A DNA stretch of 64,000 nt from Candidatus Latescibacterota bacterium (GCA_965203175.1 OZ241867.1:5920001-5984000), one strand, 5' to 3'; shown: positions 29,457-38,410, counted from the stretch's first letter. The notes: generated from the letters alone by a model not told the origin. Numbers and translations: made by a program.

Positions 29457-30928
29457 AGGCAATTATGGTCATGTTCGACTCGCTCAACCGGCACATGTTG
29501 CCGCCCTACGGCTGCAATTGGACGCACGCGCCCAATTTCCAGCGGCTCGCCGAGCGGTCTCTTACCTTTGACACCAGCTACGTCTGCTCCATGCCGTGCA
29601 TGCCCGCCCGCCGCGATTTGCACACCGGGCGGCCCAATTTTCTCCACCGCTCTTGGGGGCCGCTGGAGCCGTTCGACGACTCCGTCCCTCGAATGCTGCG
29701 CGAGGCCGAGATCTCGTCGCACCTCATCAGCGACCACTACCATTACTGGGAGGCCGGCGGTGCTACCTACCACACCCAGTACAACACTTGGCAGTTCTTC
29801 CGCGGCCAAGAAGGCGATCCGTGGATCGGGCAGGTGGCCGACCCACCACCCGTAGAGGCGCACGCGAGCAATGCGGGCCGCAGCATGTGGCATCGACAAG
29901 ACCGCGTCAACCGGCAATACATGCGCCGCGAAGAAGACCAGCCCCAATCGCAGACCTTCACGTCCGGCGTCGAGTTCATCCGCCGCAACCACGCGCAAGA
30001 CAATTGGTTTTTGCAGATCGAGACCTTTGACCCGCACGAGCCATTTTTCACCCAACGCCAATACCAAGACCTCTACCCAGAGCTTTTTAAGAACCGCTCG
30101 TCTGTGCTGTTCGACTGGCCGACTTACGGTCCTGTAACCGAAGAACAGGCCCTCATCGATCAATGCCGGGGCCACTACGCATCGCTACTGAGCATGTGCG
30201 ACGCCCGCCTCGGCGACATCCTCGACGAGATGGACCGGCTCGAACTGTGGGACGACACCATGCTCATCGTGTGGACCGACCACGGCTTCCTGCTCAGCGA
30301 GCACGACCTGTGGGCCAAGATACAGATGCCTTGGTACCGCGAGCTGTCCAACACGCCGTTCTTCGTCTGGGATCCGCGCTGCGGCCACGCGGGCCAGCGG
30401 CGGCAGAGCTTGGTGCAACCGTCGATTGACTTGGGACCGACCTTGCTGGACCTCTTTGGGATGGAACCGACCCCGGACATGCTGGGCCAGAGCCTGCGCG
30501 AAGCCTGCGCGAGCGACTCTCCCGTGCGCGAGGCCGCGATTTTCGGCAACCACGGCGGGCAGGTGAATGTCACCGATGGCCGCTATGTGTACATGCGCGC
30601 GCCCACCCAGCCCGACAACCAGCCCCTGTACAACTACACGCTCATGCCCACGCACATGCGCGACCCCTTCTCAGTCGATGAATTCGCCAACGTGGAGCTA
30701 GCCGAACCGTTTGGTTTTAGCAAGGGCTGTCGGCTGCTGCGGACGCAAGGACACACGCGCAGCAAGCAGCACGAATACGGGACGCTACTCTTTGACCTAG
30801 AGCAAGACCCGCGCCAAGAGGCCCCGCTCGCCGACGCGGCACTGGAGCAGCGCATGCAGGAGCTGTTGCGCGCGCAGATGGAAGCGTGCGAAGCTCCGCC
30901 AGAGCAATACGAACGCTTGGGAATCTAA
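29453..30928 (+). CDS. Sulfatase
   Basis: CxPxR motif (CMPARR); FDPHEPF and TDHG motifs. Confidence 0.92.
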   Translation: MKAIMVMFDSLNRHMLPPYGCNWTHAPNFQRLAERSLTFDTSYVCSMPCMPARRDLHTGRPNFLHRSWGPLEPFDDSVPRMLREAEISSHLISDHYHYWEAGGATYHTQYNTWQFFRGQEGDPWIGQVADPPPVEAHASNAGRSMWHRQDRVNRQYMRREEDQPQSQTFTSGVEFIRRNHAQDNWFLQIETFDPHEPFFTQRQYQDLYPELFKNRSSVLFDWPTYGPVTEEQALIDQCRGHYASLLSMCDARLGDILDEMDRLELWDDTMLIVWTDHGFLLSEHDLWAKIQMPWYRELSNTPFFVWDPRCGHAGQRRQSLVQPSIDLGPTLLDLFGMEPTPDMLGQSLREACASDSPVREAAIFGNHGGQVNVTDGRYVYMRAPTQPDNQPLYNYTLMPTHMRDPFSVDEFANVELAEPFGFSKGCRLLRTQGHTRSKQHEYGTLLFDLEQDPRQEAPLADAALEQRMQELLRAQMEACEAPPEQYERLGI

Positions 30929-30942
30929 GACAGGAGAATTAC

Positions 30943-32841
30943 ATGCAGAGTCCGGCGCAAAAAGCCATCGTCATCGGCATGGACGGAGCCGCCATGGAAT
31001 TGGTGCAACACATGGTGGATCAAGGTCACATGCCCCACTTGGGTCAGCTCATGGCGCAGGGCGTCAAGCGGCCCATGATCGGCGTCTTCCCAACTCTGAC
31101 GCCACCCGGCTGGACGGCCACTTCGACCGGAGCTTGGGCGGGAACCCATCGAGTCATGGACTTCAATATCCGCAAGCTCGGCGGGCGTCTCGACGAGACG
31201 GTGTGGGGCATCAACACTGAGCTTTCGCAGGCCGAGTACTTGTGGAACACAGTCGAGCGGGCCGGCAAAAAGCCGATCTTGGTCAAGTGGGAGATGTCCT
31301 GGCCACCGACCGTGCAAACCGGCATCCAAGTCGAGGGCACTGGCCCGGGCGTGTCCAACGTGCATCAGATCACCGGCTACCACCTCTTTGTCGGCGGCGG
31401 CTGGACGCCCCGGCCGATCGGCGGTCCACGCGATCCCGAGACGTTGGACCCGAGCGCCTTGCAAAAGGTGCGCAACGTCGATCCGGTGGAGATTGTCCCA
31501 GCCGAGGGATGGCAAGATGCGCCCACATCTGCGCTGCCACCCAAAGAAGTGGAGCTAGTCATCGAGCCGCTCAAACGCGGGCGGGCGGATATGCACCCAG
31601 GCCAAGGGGGACCACCTAAGCATTTCTACGGCCTGATATACGCCTCGGCCGACAAGGGCTACGACCGGCTGCTCATTTGCCGCAGCCGCGATGCGGGTGA
31701 TCGGGTCGCCGAACTGGCGGTGGGCCAATGGACCGATTGGTGGAAGGACAGCTTTGAAATTGACGGCCAAGCGCTTGATGGCTATGTGCGCATGAAGCTC
31801 GTCAGCCTGAGCGCAGCAGGCGATGTGTTCGAGCTTTTTGTGCCGCAAGTCTGGCCGGCTACCGGGTACACACAGCCGGAAGAAGTGGCGCAGCAGATCG
31901 ACGAAAACGTCGGCAATTTCCTGCAGAATCCAGCACGCGACGCTTTGGGCGTAGTCGATGACGACACCTATTTCGAGCTGTTGGACTTTCACCACCAGCG
32001 GCTGGCCGAGGTGGCTGCTTACCTGACGGAGAGCAACGACTGGGACGTGCTGTTCATCGAAACCCACGCCTCGGATTACACCAGCCACTTCTTCCTCTCA
32101 CAAGCCGACGAATGCAGCGGGGCCGACGCGCACACGCTGGCGCGCTGCCAAGCGGGCGTGGCTCAAACCTATGCTTCCATCGACGGCATGATCGGCCGCG
32201 TCGTCGAGCTGGCCGATGACGACACCGTCGTCGCGGTCGTCGCCGACCACGGCGGCACCCCCAACCAACACCGGCCGGTCGATATCGCCGAGGTGTTGGA
32301 ACAGGCGGGCTTTTTGGTCTATGCAGACGCGGAGAAAAAGCAGATCGACTGGCAGCGGACGCGGGCGGCCAATGTGGGGCTGGTCCACATCTTCGTCAAT
32401 CTCAAGGGACGCGAGCCTACGGGGATCGTCGATCCCAGCGACTACGAGCAAACGCGGCTCGACCTCATCGAAGCCCTCCACGCCTATCGCCATCCGCAGA
32501 CCGGGCGCGGCCCCTTTGCCCTCGCACTGACGCGGGAAGACGCGGAAATGGTCAATCTGGCGGGCGAACTCGTCGGCGACGTGGTCTATGCGCTGCGGCC
32601 CGAATACGACGGAGCGCACGGCAAGCAGCTACCCTCAGCCACGCTCGGCATCGGCGGGCAGCACTGCACGTTCGTGCTGGCCGGGGCCGGCGTCAAGCAA
32701 GGGCTGGCACTCGAGCGACAGGTGCGGGCGGTAGATGTCGCGCCGACGCTGTGCTACTTACTCGGTATCCCCATGCCCGAGCAGGTGGAGGGCGGCGTGA
32801 TTTACGAGGCGCTTGAAGACGCGGACTGGCATCTGCGATGA
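30943..32841 (+). CDS. Alkaline phosphatase superfamily / type I phosphodiesterase
   Basis: IGMDG, PTLTPPGW, ADHG and DVAPT motifs; CAGGAG RBS. Confidence 0.82.
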   Translation: MQSPAQKAIVIGMDGAAMELVQHMVDQGHMPHLGQLMAQGVKRPMIGVFPTLTPPGWTATSTGAWAGTHRVMDFNIRKLGGRLDETVWGINTELSQAEYLWNTVERAGKKPILVKWEMSWPPTVQTGIQVEGTGPGVSNVHQITGYHLFVGGGWTPRPIGGPRDPETLDPSALQKVRNVDPVEIVPAEGWQDAPTSALPPKEVELVIEPLKRGRADMHPGQGGPPKHFYGLIYASADKGYDRLLICRSRDAGDRVAELAVGQWTDWWKDSFEIDGQALDGYVRMKLVSLSAAGDVFELFVPQVWPATGYTQPEEVAQQIDENVGNFLQNPARDALGVVDDDTYFELLDFHHQRLAEVAAYLTESNDWDVLFIETHASDYTSHFFLSQADECSGADAHTLARCQAGVAQTYASIDGMIGRVVELADDDTVVAVVADHGGTPNQHRPVDIAEVLEQAGFLVYADAEKKQIDWQRTRAANVGLVHIFVNLKGREPTGIVDPSDYEQTRLDLIEALHAYRHPQTGRGPFALALTREDAEMVNLAGELVGDVVYALRPEYDGAHGKQLPSATLGIGGQHCTFVLAGAGVKQGLALERQVRAVDVAPTLCYLLGIPMPEQVEGGVIYEALEDADWHLR

Positions 32842-33860
32842 AGGCAGCTTACTACTGCGGCGACCGCACGGTCGAAATCGGCGAGTGCCGGGTGCAATCC
32901 CCCAGCGCAGATCAGGTGCGAATCGAAGTAGCCTATTGCGGAGTGTGCGGCACGGACATCCACATTTACCTAGGCCATCAGGACCGCCGGATCGACATGC
33001 CCCAAGTCATAGGGCACGAGATGTCGGGACGGATCGCAGAAGTCGGAGCCGACGTCGAAGGCTGGGCCGTGGGCGATCCGGTCGTAGTGCGTCCCTTAGA
33101 GGCTTGCGGCGCGTGCGCGGCCTGCAACGCCGGCAATGGCCATATCTGCCAGAATCTAAACTTCATCGGCATCGACAGTCCGGGTGCCTTCCAGGGGTCG
33201 TGGACCGTGCCGACCCATACACTGCACCGCCTGCCGGACGACATGCCGATGACGCTAGGTGCTCTAGTCGAGCCGCTGGCGGTCGCCTGCCACGACGTGC
33301 GCTTGGGCGAGGTGGTACCGGGCGAGAAGGTAGTGGTGATCGGCGGCGGACCAATCGGTCTGCTCAATGCGCTGGTGGCGCGGCACGCGGGGGCCGAGGT
33401 GCGAGTGGCCGAGGTCAACGCCTTTCGGCTGCAGGCAGCGCACGCGCTGGGACTGGAAACCGTCCATCCGCTAGAGGAGGACTTGGTCACCTACGTCGAA
33501 ACCTGGACCGAGGGCGCGGGAGCCGACGCAGTCTTCGAGGTCTCCGGCTCGTCGGCCGGAGCCGAGGTGATGACTAAACTCGCCAAGGTCCGGGGGCGGA
33601 TCGTGGTGGTGGCCATTTTCGCTGACGCGCCCAAAGTCGATCTCTTTCAATTCTTCTGGCGCGAGTTAAAAATGTGCGGCGTGCGCGTGTACGAACCCGA
33701 AGACTACGACCGCGCCATTGAGCTAGCGGCTAGCGGCGCGCTGCCGCTCAACGAGCTGATTACCGAGCACCTTCCCTTAGACGCGCTACCCGACGCCTTT
33801 GCCCGGCTGACAGCGGGCACGGACGCGGTCAAAATTTTAATCGACACCCAAGGGGAATAA
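32838..33860 (+). CDS. Zinc-binding sugar-alcohol/sugar-acid dehydrogenase
   Basis: CGTD, GHE, CxxCxxC...C and GGGPIG motifs. Confidence 0.92.
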   Translation: MKAAYYCGDRTVEIGECRVQSPSADQVRIEVAYCGVCGTDIHIYLGHQDRRIDMPQVIGHEMSGRIAEVGADVEGWAVGDPVVVRPLEACGACAACNAGNGHICQNLNFIGIDSPGAFQGSWTVPTHTLHRLPDDMPMTLGALVEPLAVACHDVRLGEVVPGEKVVVIGGGPIGLLNALVARHAGAEVRVAEVNAFRLQAAHALGLETVHPLEEDLVTYVETWTEGAGADAVFEVSGSSAGAEVMTKLAKVRGRIVVVAIFADAPKVDLFQFFWRELKMCGVRVYEPEDYDRAIELAASGALPLNELITEHLPLDALPDAFARLTAGTDAVKILIDTQGE

Positions 33861-33866
33861 TATAGA

Positions 33867-34634
33867 ATGAGCATCTTGGACCTTTTTAAGCTCGACGGCC
33901 AAACGGCCTTGGTCACCGGGTGCCGCCGAGGCATCGGACGCGGGTTCGCGCAAGCATTGGCCGAGGCCGGAGCGGATATCGTCGGCGTCAGCGCTTCACT
34001 CGAAGCAGACTCCGAAGTCGGCCAAGACATTGCCGAGCGCGGCAAAAACTTCACAGGCTATGCCTGCGACTTCAGCGACCGAGAGGCAGTCCGCGCCTTC
34101 GTCGAGCAGGTCAACGCCGAAGTCGGCCCAATCGACATCCTCATCAACAACGCCGGTACGATTCGGCGCGCGCCGGCTGAGGAACACGGAGACGAAGACT
34201 GGGACCACGTCATCGAGGTCAACTTAAACGCGCAGTTCGTGCTGGCGCGAGAATTCGGCAAGCAGATGCTCTCCCGCGGCCGGGGCAAGATCGTCTTCAC
34301 CGCTTCAGTGCTGACCTTCCAAGGCGGCATCACAGTGCCGGGCTATGCCGCGGCTAAAGGCGGAATCGGACAGTTGACGATGGCGCTGGCCAATGAATGG
34401 GCCGGTCGCGGAGTCAACGTCAATGCCATCGCCCCCGGCTATATCGCCACCGATAACAATCAAGCCCTGCGCGACGACCCGGTGCGCAACGAGCAGCTAC
34501 TAGTGAGAATCCCAGCCGGCCGCTGGGGCACGCCGGACGACTTAAAAGGCGCGGTAGTGTGGCTGTCGTCGCGAGCAGCCGACTACGTGCACGGGTCCAT
34601 CGTAATCGTCGATGGAGGGTGGATGGGGCGTTGA
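33867..34634 (+). CDS. kduD: SDR oxidoreductase, 2-dehydro-3-deoxy-D-gluconate 5-dehydrogenase-like
   Basis: TGxxxGIG, NNAG, FQGGITVPGYAAAK, ANEWA and RIPAGRWG motifs. Confidence 0.85.
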   Translation: MSILDLFKLDGQTALVTGCRRGIGRGFAQALAEAGADIVGVSASLEADSEVGQDIAERGKNFTGYACDFSDREAVRAFVEQVNAEVGPIDILINNAGTIRRAPAEEHGDEDWDHVIEVNLNAQFVLAREFGKQMLSRGRGKIVFTASVLTFQGGITVPGYAAAKGGIGQLTMALANEWAGRGVNVNAIAPGYIATDNNQALRDDPVRNEQLLVRIPAGRWGTPDDLKGAVVWLSSRAADYVHGSIVIVDGGWMGR

Positions 34635-35256
34635 TGACGGAAGAGTGCGCGCCTGCTAGCATTCTGGGGCAAGACGCTGCGTAGTTCTGACAATTCCTCG
34701 GGAACTGTATTCAATGATACCGAAGGGCAACGTAGCTATAAGCCTGTCTTACATCATTTAATGGATGTCGCTGCTGTCGCCCTGAGATGGCAGCAATTGA
34801 ATCCTGCCCGTCTTGAGCGCGAGGTCGCTTTGCTGAAAGCGAGTCCAGAGTGCTTATCCAAGATCACTTCTTTTCTGGCTGGCATACACGACCTTGGCAA
34901 AATTTCACGCGGCTTTCAGGCGAAGGTACCCGAATTGTGGCCAGAGCAGATCCCTAGCCCGAAGAGAGCAATCGCCGACCGTGGTCATTGGCGCAACACG
35001 GCTATCCTTCTCAGAGCCGAGCCAATCGCCCAAGAGTTCGCCAGCTTATTCCCTAGCATCCCTTATGATATAGCACCGATCATTGCTGCCATTGCGGGGC
35101 ACCATGGACGACCACCCGAGGGACAGGATGAAGTAAACGCCGATCCAGGCAAAGCTCGACGCGACCAGCAGCTTCGTGAAGAATGCGTGGACGCGGCTCA
35201 TACTGCCTTTTGTATTCTCCAAAACCTGATAGAGCCTCTGCCGTTATTGTCGCTCG
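34634..35256 (+). pseudogene. cas3: Truncated cas3 (HD nuclease domain only), type I-E
   Basis: FWGKT...HHLMDVAAVA, GIHDLGKISRGFQ and AIAGHHG motifs. The ATG at 34634 is out of frame with the body, and the ORF is cut at CRISPR repeat 1. Confidence 0.88.
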
Positions 35257-35347
35257 ATGTTCCCCGCAGGCGCGGGGATGAACCGTGGACCGTTTTCTTT
35301 TTCTCCCGACCGAAGACAATGTTCCCCGCAGGCGCGGGGATGAACCG

Positions 35348-35533
35348 CTACCTGGTGCAGCCGTCGCTGCACTAGTTGAGGCCCTAGATGTAGCGATAGA
35401 CGAACTTTTTGGTCAATGGCCAGGACACCCAGCCGATGTTCCGAAAGGCAAAGTCCAAAGCGCGTTGCTTAGCCTGTATGGCGTGGCTGGCGAAGCGTGT
35501 GACGACTGCGCCCGCTGGAATGCACGCCAATAA
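35348..35533 (+). pseudogene. 3' end of an unknown gene, cut at repeat 2
   Basis: Open frame (LPGAAVAALVEALD...ARQ*) begins exactly after the repeat with no start codon of its own. Confidence 0.45.
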
Positions 35534-35607
35534 AGGCGAACCCGCAGGCGGTGGCCTGTGGCCGGTCAATGGGCCGCCGCCGGAGACTTTATGAAAAGGA
35601 AGGAGGA

Positions 35608-36300
35608 ATGATGGACTATCATATAGAAGTCAAGAGAGCAGGGGGAAGGTCTCGCCACTTTCGTGGCTGCATCCCCAATGAAGACTGGTCTCGATTATTA
35701 GAATTCAGAGACGAAGTCCGCCGCATGACATCTCATTTTGTGAGATGCGGTATTACAAACCTGAACATTAGCACTACTCTCTCTTGGGATCAGGATGGGC
35801 TTAGATTCTCATCTAAAACTGATCTCAATGATGGACACATGAACATTATTCTCCATAGTATCAGACCTTTCCATCTTAAAAAGGAGCCTTTTTACTTTTG
35901 TAAAATGCTAAAAATTCTCAATCGCCATATAAATGGAAACCCTATTAACATGCTTTTTCGTAAAGCGAAAGACGATTTTCTTGGAAGAAATTTTCAAAGC
36001 CAAGTTTCTATTTCTTCCATTTTGGGTGCCGATCCGGGGCAGCATCACACTATTAACAGCGAGGATACGCTAAATCTATGGCTTAATGCGTATGAATACC
36101 ACAGAGACGAAAAGAAGAAGTTGCTTCTCGATGATATTTTGTCTAGTATTCCTAGGGGGTTTGGGGTCTCTGTATTTAAGTCTATGATGATAGACAAAAT
36201 AAGAGCCATCATATGGCTTAGTGATTTTATTTCCGCTATAGAAGAGTCGCCAACTGGAAGACGCTCGGCAAACGTTAAAAAGGAGGTGCTTGATGAGTGA
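35608..36300 (+). CDS. Hypothetical protein, possibly HEPN-like; AT-rich
   Basis: AGGAGG RBS; 230 aa helical protein with IRPF.L.KEP.YF and WLNAYEYHRD motifs. Confidence 0.7.
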   Translation: MMDYHIEVKRAGGRSRHFRGCIPNEDWSRLLEFRDEVRRMTSHFVRCGITNLNISTTLSWDQDGLRFSSKTDLNDGHMNIILHSIRPFHLKKEPFYFCKMLKILNRHINGNPINMLFRKAKDDFLGRNFQSQVSISSILGADPGQHHTINSEDTLNLWLNAYEYHRDEKKKLLLDDILSSIPRGFGVSVFKSMMIDKIRAIIWLSDFISAIEESPTGRRSANVKKEVLDE

Positions 36301-36919
36301 GAGTATCGAACATGTCCAAAAGCTGAGAAAGTTGAAGATGGCTTTCTTTGATTTGGAAGAGGCGTGGAATTATACTGAAATTCTGTTGAAAGGAAGATAC
36401 CATGAGGCCGACCCTTTTTCTTGGCATCCTAGAGGTAGGCCGCCAGAGGATCATCATATGAGAGAGGCATTAGTGACTGCCTTGGTTATCTCTCTATCTC
36501 GTGCCCAAAAATACTGTGAGGAGTGCCTTGAAACCCAAGAGGAAAAAGATTTTGCTAGAATGGTTAAATTCTTTAGAGATAAATACTTTGCTCATTCTGA
36601 CATTCTCCCTTATGGACCGAGTTTTATTCGTCCTGCTTGGGACGAGGGGCACACAAGACAGGCTCGGAGCCTAATAGAGAAAACCTTTAGACATTTGAAG
36701 AATAGCAATGATATAGCCAGAACCCGTATCACCCCTGAGATGACAAACGTCACTGAGTACCGTGTCGAAAATATCACATTCGACGAAATGTTCAAGCGAC
36801 TCAACGAGCTAGGCCAAGAAGGGTGGGAACTTTGGGAGCCTTTTGGCGAGAGGAAGAGGATACTAGATGAAGTGAAAAGAGAGTGGTTTTATAGAGTAGG
36901 TTTCAAGCGGATGCGCTGA
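36293..36919 (+). CDS. Putative HEPN-domain protein fused to a DUF4177-like C-terminal module
   Basis: AGGAGG RBS; ALVTALVISLSR and RDKYFAHSD (Rx5H) motifs; C-terminal EYRVE...LNELGQEGWEL. Confidence 0.65.
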   Translation: MSESIEHVQKLRKLKMAFFDLEEAWNYTEILLKGRYHEADPFSWHPRGRPPEDHHMREALVTALVISLSRAQKYCEECLETQEEKDFARMVKFFRDKYFAHSDILPYGPSFIRPAWDEGHTRQARSLIEKTFRHLKNSNDIARTRITPEMTNVTEYRVENITFDEMFKRLNELGQEGWELWEPFGERKRILDEVKREWFYRVGFKRMR

Positions 36920-36946
36920 AAAAGATCCTCATATCCCAGAAAAGAG

Positions 36947-37364
36947 ATGCCAACGACCAACCTTAATTTCTCCCCCGGCACCGTCTTCCACATGGACAAC
37001 TTGGAAGCACTGAGGGGCATGAACAGCAACACCGTCGACCTGATCGCCACCGATCCGCCGTTCAACACGGGCCGCAACAGGGAGGGCAAAGGCGGCCAGT
37101 ACCCGGACAGTGGCGTTGGGGCGACAATGTCCACTACGAGTGGATGGACCAGATACGCGACGACAACGAGCCGTTAGTTGAAGTGATTGAGTCGGCGATG
37201 CATGCGCACAGCTTCAACCTCGGCGCGTTCTTGTGCTTCATGGGCGTCCGGATGCTGGAGATGAAGCGGGTGCTCAAGGAGACGGGGAGCATTTACCTGC
37301 ACTGCGATCCCACGGCGAGCCACTACCTCAAGGCGAGCATGGACGCCGTGTTTGGTGGTGCCGA
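36947..37364 (+). pseudogene. N6/N4 DNA methyltransferase N-terminal fragment, frameshifted (~37108) and truncated at repeat 3
   Basis: DNLEALR...VDLIATDPPFN in one frame, continuing as RVLKETGSIYLHCDPTASHYLK..MDAVFG in another. Confidence 0.85.
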
Positions 37365-37620
37365 ATGTTCCCCGCAGGCGCGGGGATGAACCGTGGATTC
37401 GGCCAGACAAGCGGTTGGCGATCTAATGTTCCCCTCACACACGGGGATGGACTGTTGGTTGCATGACGACAATGACGACTTATGCCATATTCTCCACACG
37501 CGCGTGCTTAGGTGCGAAAACGGAGAAGATTCTGAGCGGCAACGGTAGCAATACCTTGCTGCTGAGCTACCTACATTCTAAACTCTAAAGCGACCCATGC
37601 GTTGATTAAGGAGTCCAAGA

Positions 37621-37917
37621 GTGAGCTTACAGAACGTTCCAGACAGCATTAAGCGCGATGTGGCCCGCGGAGTGGCGATCCTCAAAGAGGCAGGCTGTCA
37701 GCAGGTGTACGTGTTCGGCTCCGTAGCAGAGGGGCGCGTACGGCCCGGCTCAGATATTGACTTTGCCGTCCGCGGCTGTCCGGCGAAACTGTTCTTCAAA
37801 TTGCAGGGAAGACTGCTCATAGAATTGCGTCGCTCCGCGGATCTGATCGACTTAGATGCAGACCCAGATTTAACGGCCTTTCTCGAACGCGAAGCGGGCA
37901 TGATCCATGTTGGATGA
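37621..37917 (+). CDS. Minimal nucleotidyltransferase antitoxin (MntA-like)
   Basis: VYVFGS.A.G.....SDIDFAV motif, 98 aa. Confidence 0.88.
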   Translation: MSLQNVPDSIKRDVARGVAILKEAGCQQVYVFGSVAEGRVRPGSDIDFAVRGCPAKLFFKLQGRLLIELRRSADLIDLDADPDLTAFLEREAGMIHVG

Positions 37918-38410
37918 TCGTGCTCAGGCCCACATTGAGCGAGAATTGCAGCAGATCGAGAGCCTTTTTCTAGAATATCGCACACTGCTATCTGAGACTA
38001 GTATCAATGAACCCAATCTCGTTGAATTAACTGCATTAGCGGGCGTTCTCCATTCGTTCTATAACGGTGTGGAAAACGTATTCCAGACTATTGCTAAGCG
38101 AGTGGATGAGCAGATGCCAACTGGATCGAACTGGCATTGGGAGCTTCTCCACTTGATGGCTCGCAAGACGGACAACAGGCATCCTGTCGTCTCTCCAGAA
38201 ACAATAGATCGCCTTGAGCCGTACCTTGGATTTCGCCACTTCGTACGACACGCTTATTCCTTTCGGCTGAATTGGACGAAAATGGAGGATCTTGTGCTTG
38301 AGCTAGGCGAGGTCTGGTCAACATTTCGACAAGACATCAGAATATGGCTGGACTCAAAGCCAGAAGGATCTGTTGATCCCGATTCAAGCTCGCCAACGCA
38401 AAAAGAGTAA
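37907..38410 (+). CDS. HEPN RNase toxin (HepT-like), MNT-HEPN TA pair
   Basis: LHSFYNGVEN, WHWELL and FRHFVRHAY motifs; overlaps the MNT gene. Confidence 0.85.
   Translation: MLDDRAQAHIERELQQIESLFLEYRTLLSETSINEPNLVELTALAGVLHSFYNGVENVFQTIAKRVDEQMPTGSNWHWELLHLMARKTDNRHPVVSPETIDRLEPYLGFRHFVRHAYSFRLNWTKMEDLVLELGEVWSTFRQDIRIWLDSKPEGSVDPDSSSPTQKE

Larger units (their letters stand above)
35257..37515 (+). CRISPR. Type I-E CRISPR array remnant, repeat ATGTTCCCCGCAGGCGCGGGGATGAACCG
   Basis: Identical 29-nt repeats at 35257, 35319 and 37365; degenerate copies at 37426 and 37487 (61-nt period); spacers of 33, 32 and 32 nt, plus a 2,017-bp interval between R2 and R3. Confidence 0.93.

Noticed and set aside
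34761-35375. 204-aa ORF as a functional standalone Cas3''
   Set aside because: It lacks the N-terminal WGK/H segment and the last HD motif, and its C-terminus is translated CRISPR repeat.
35541-35550. CCCGCAGGCG, a 10-nt match to the CRISPR repeat core inside the insert
   Set aside because: The flanks do not match and it is out of the 61-nt register; likely chance.
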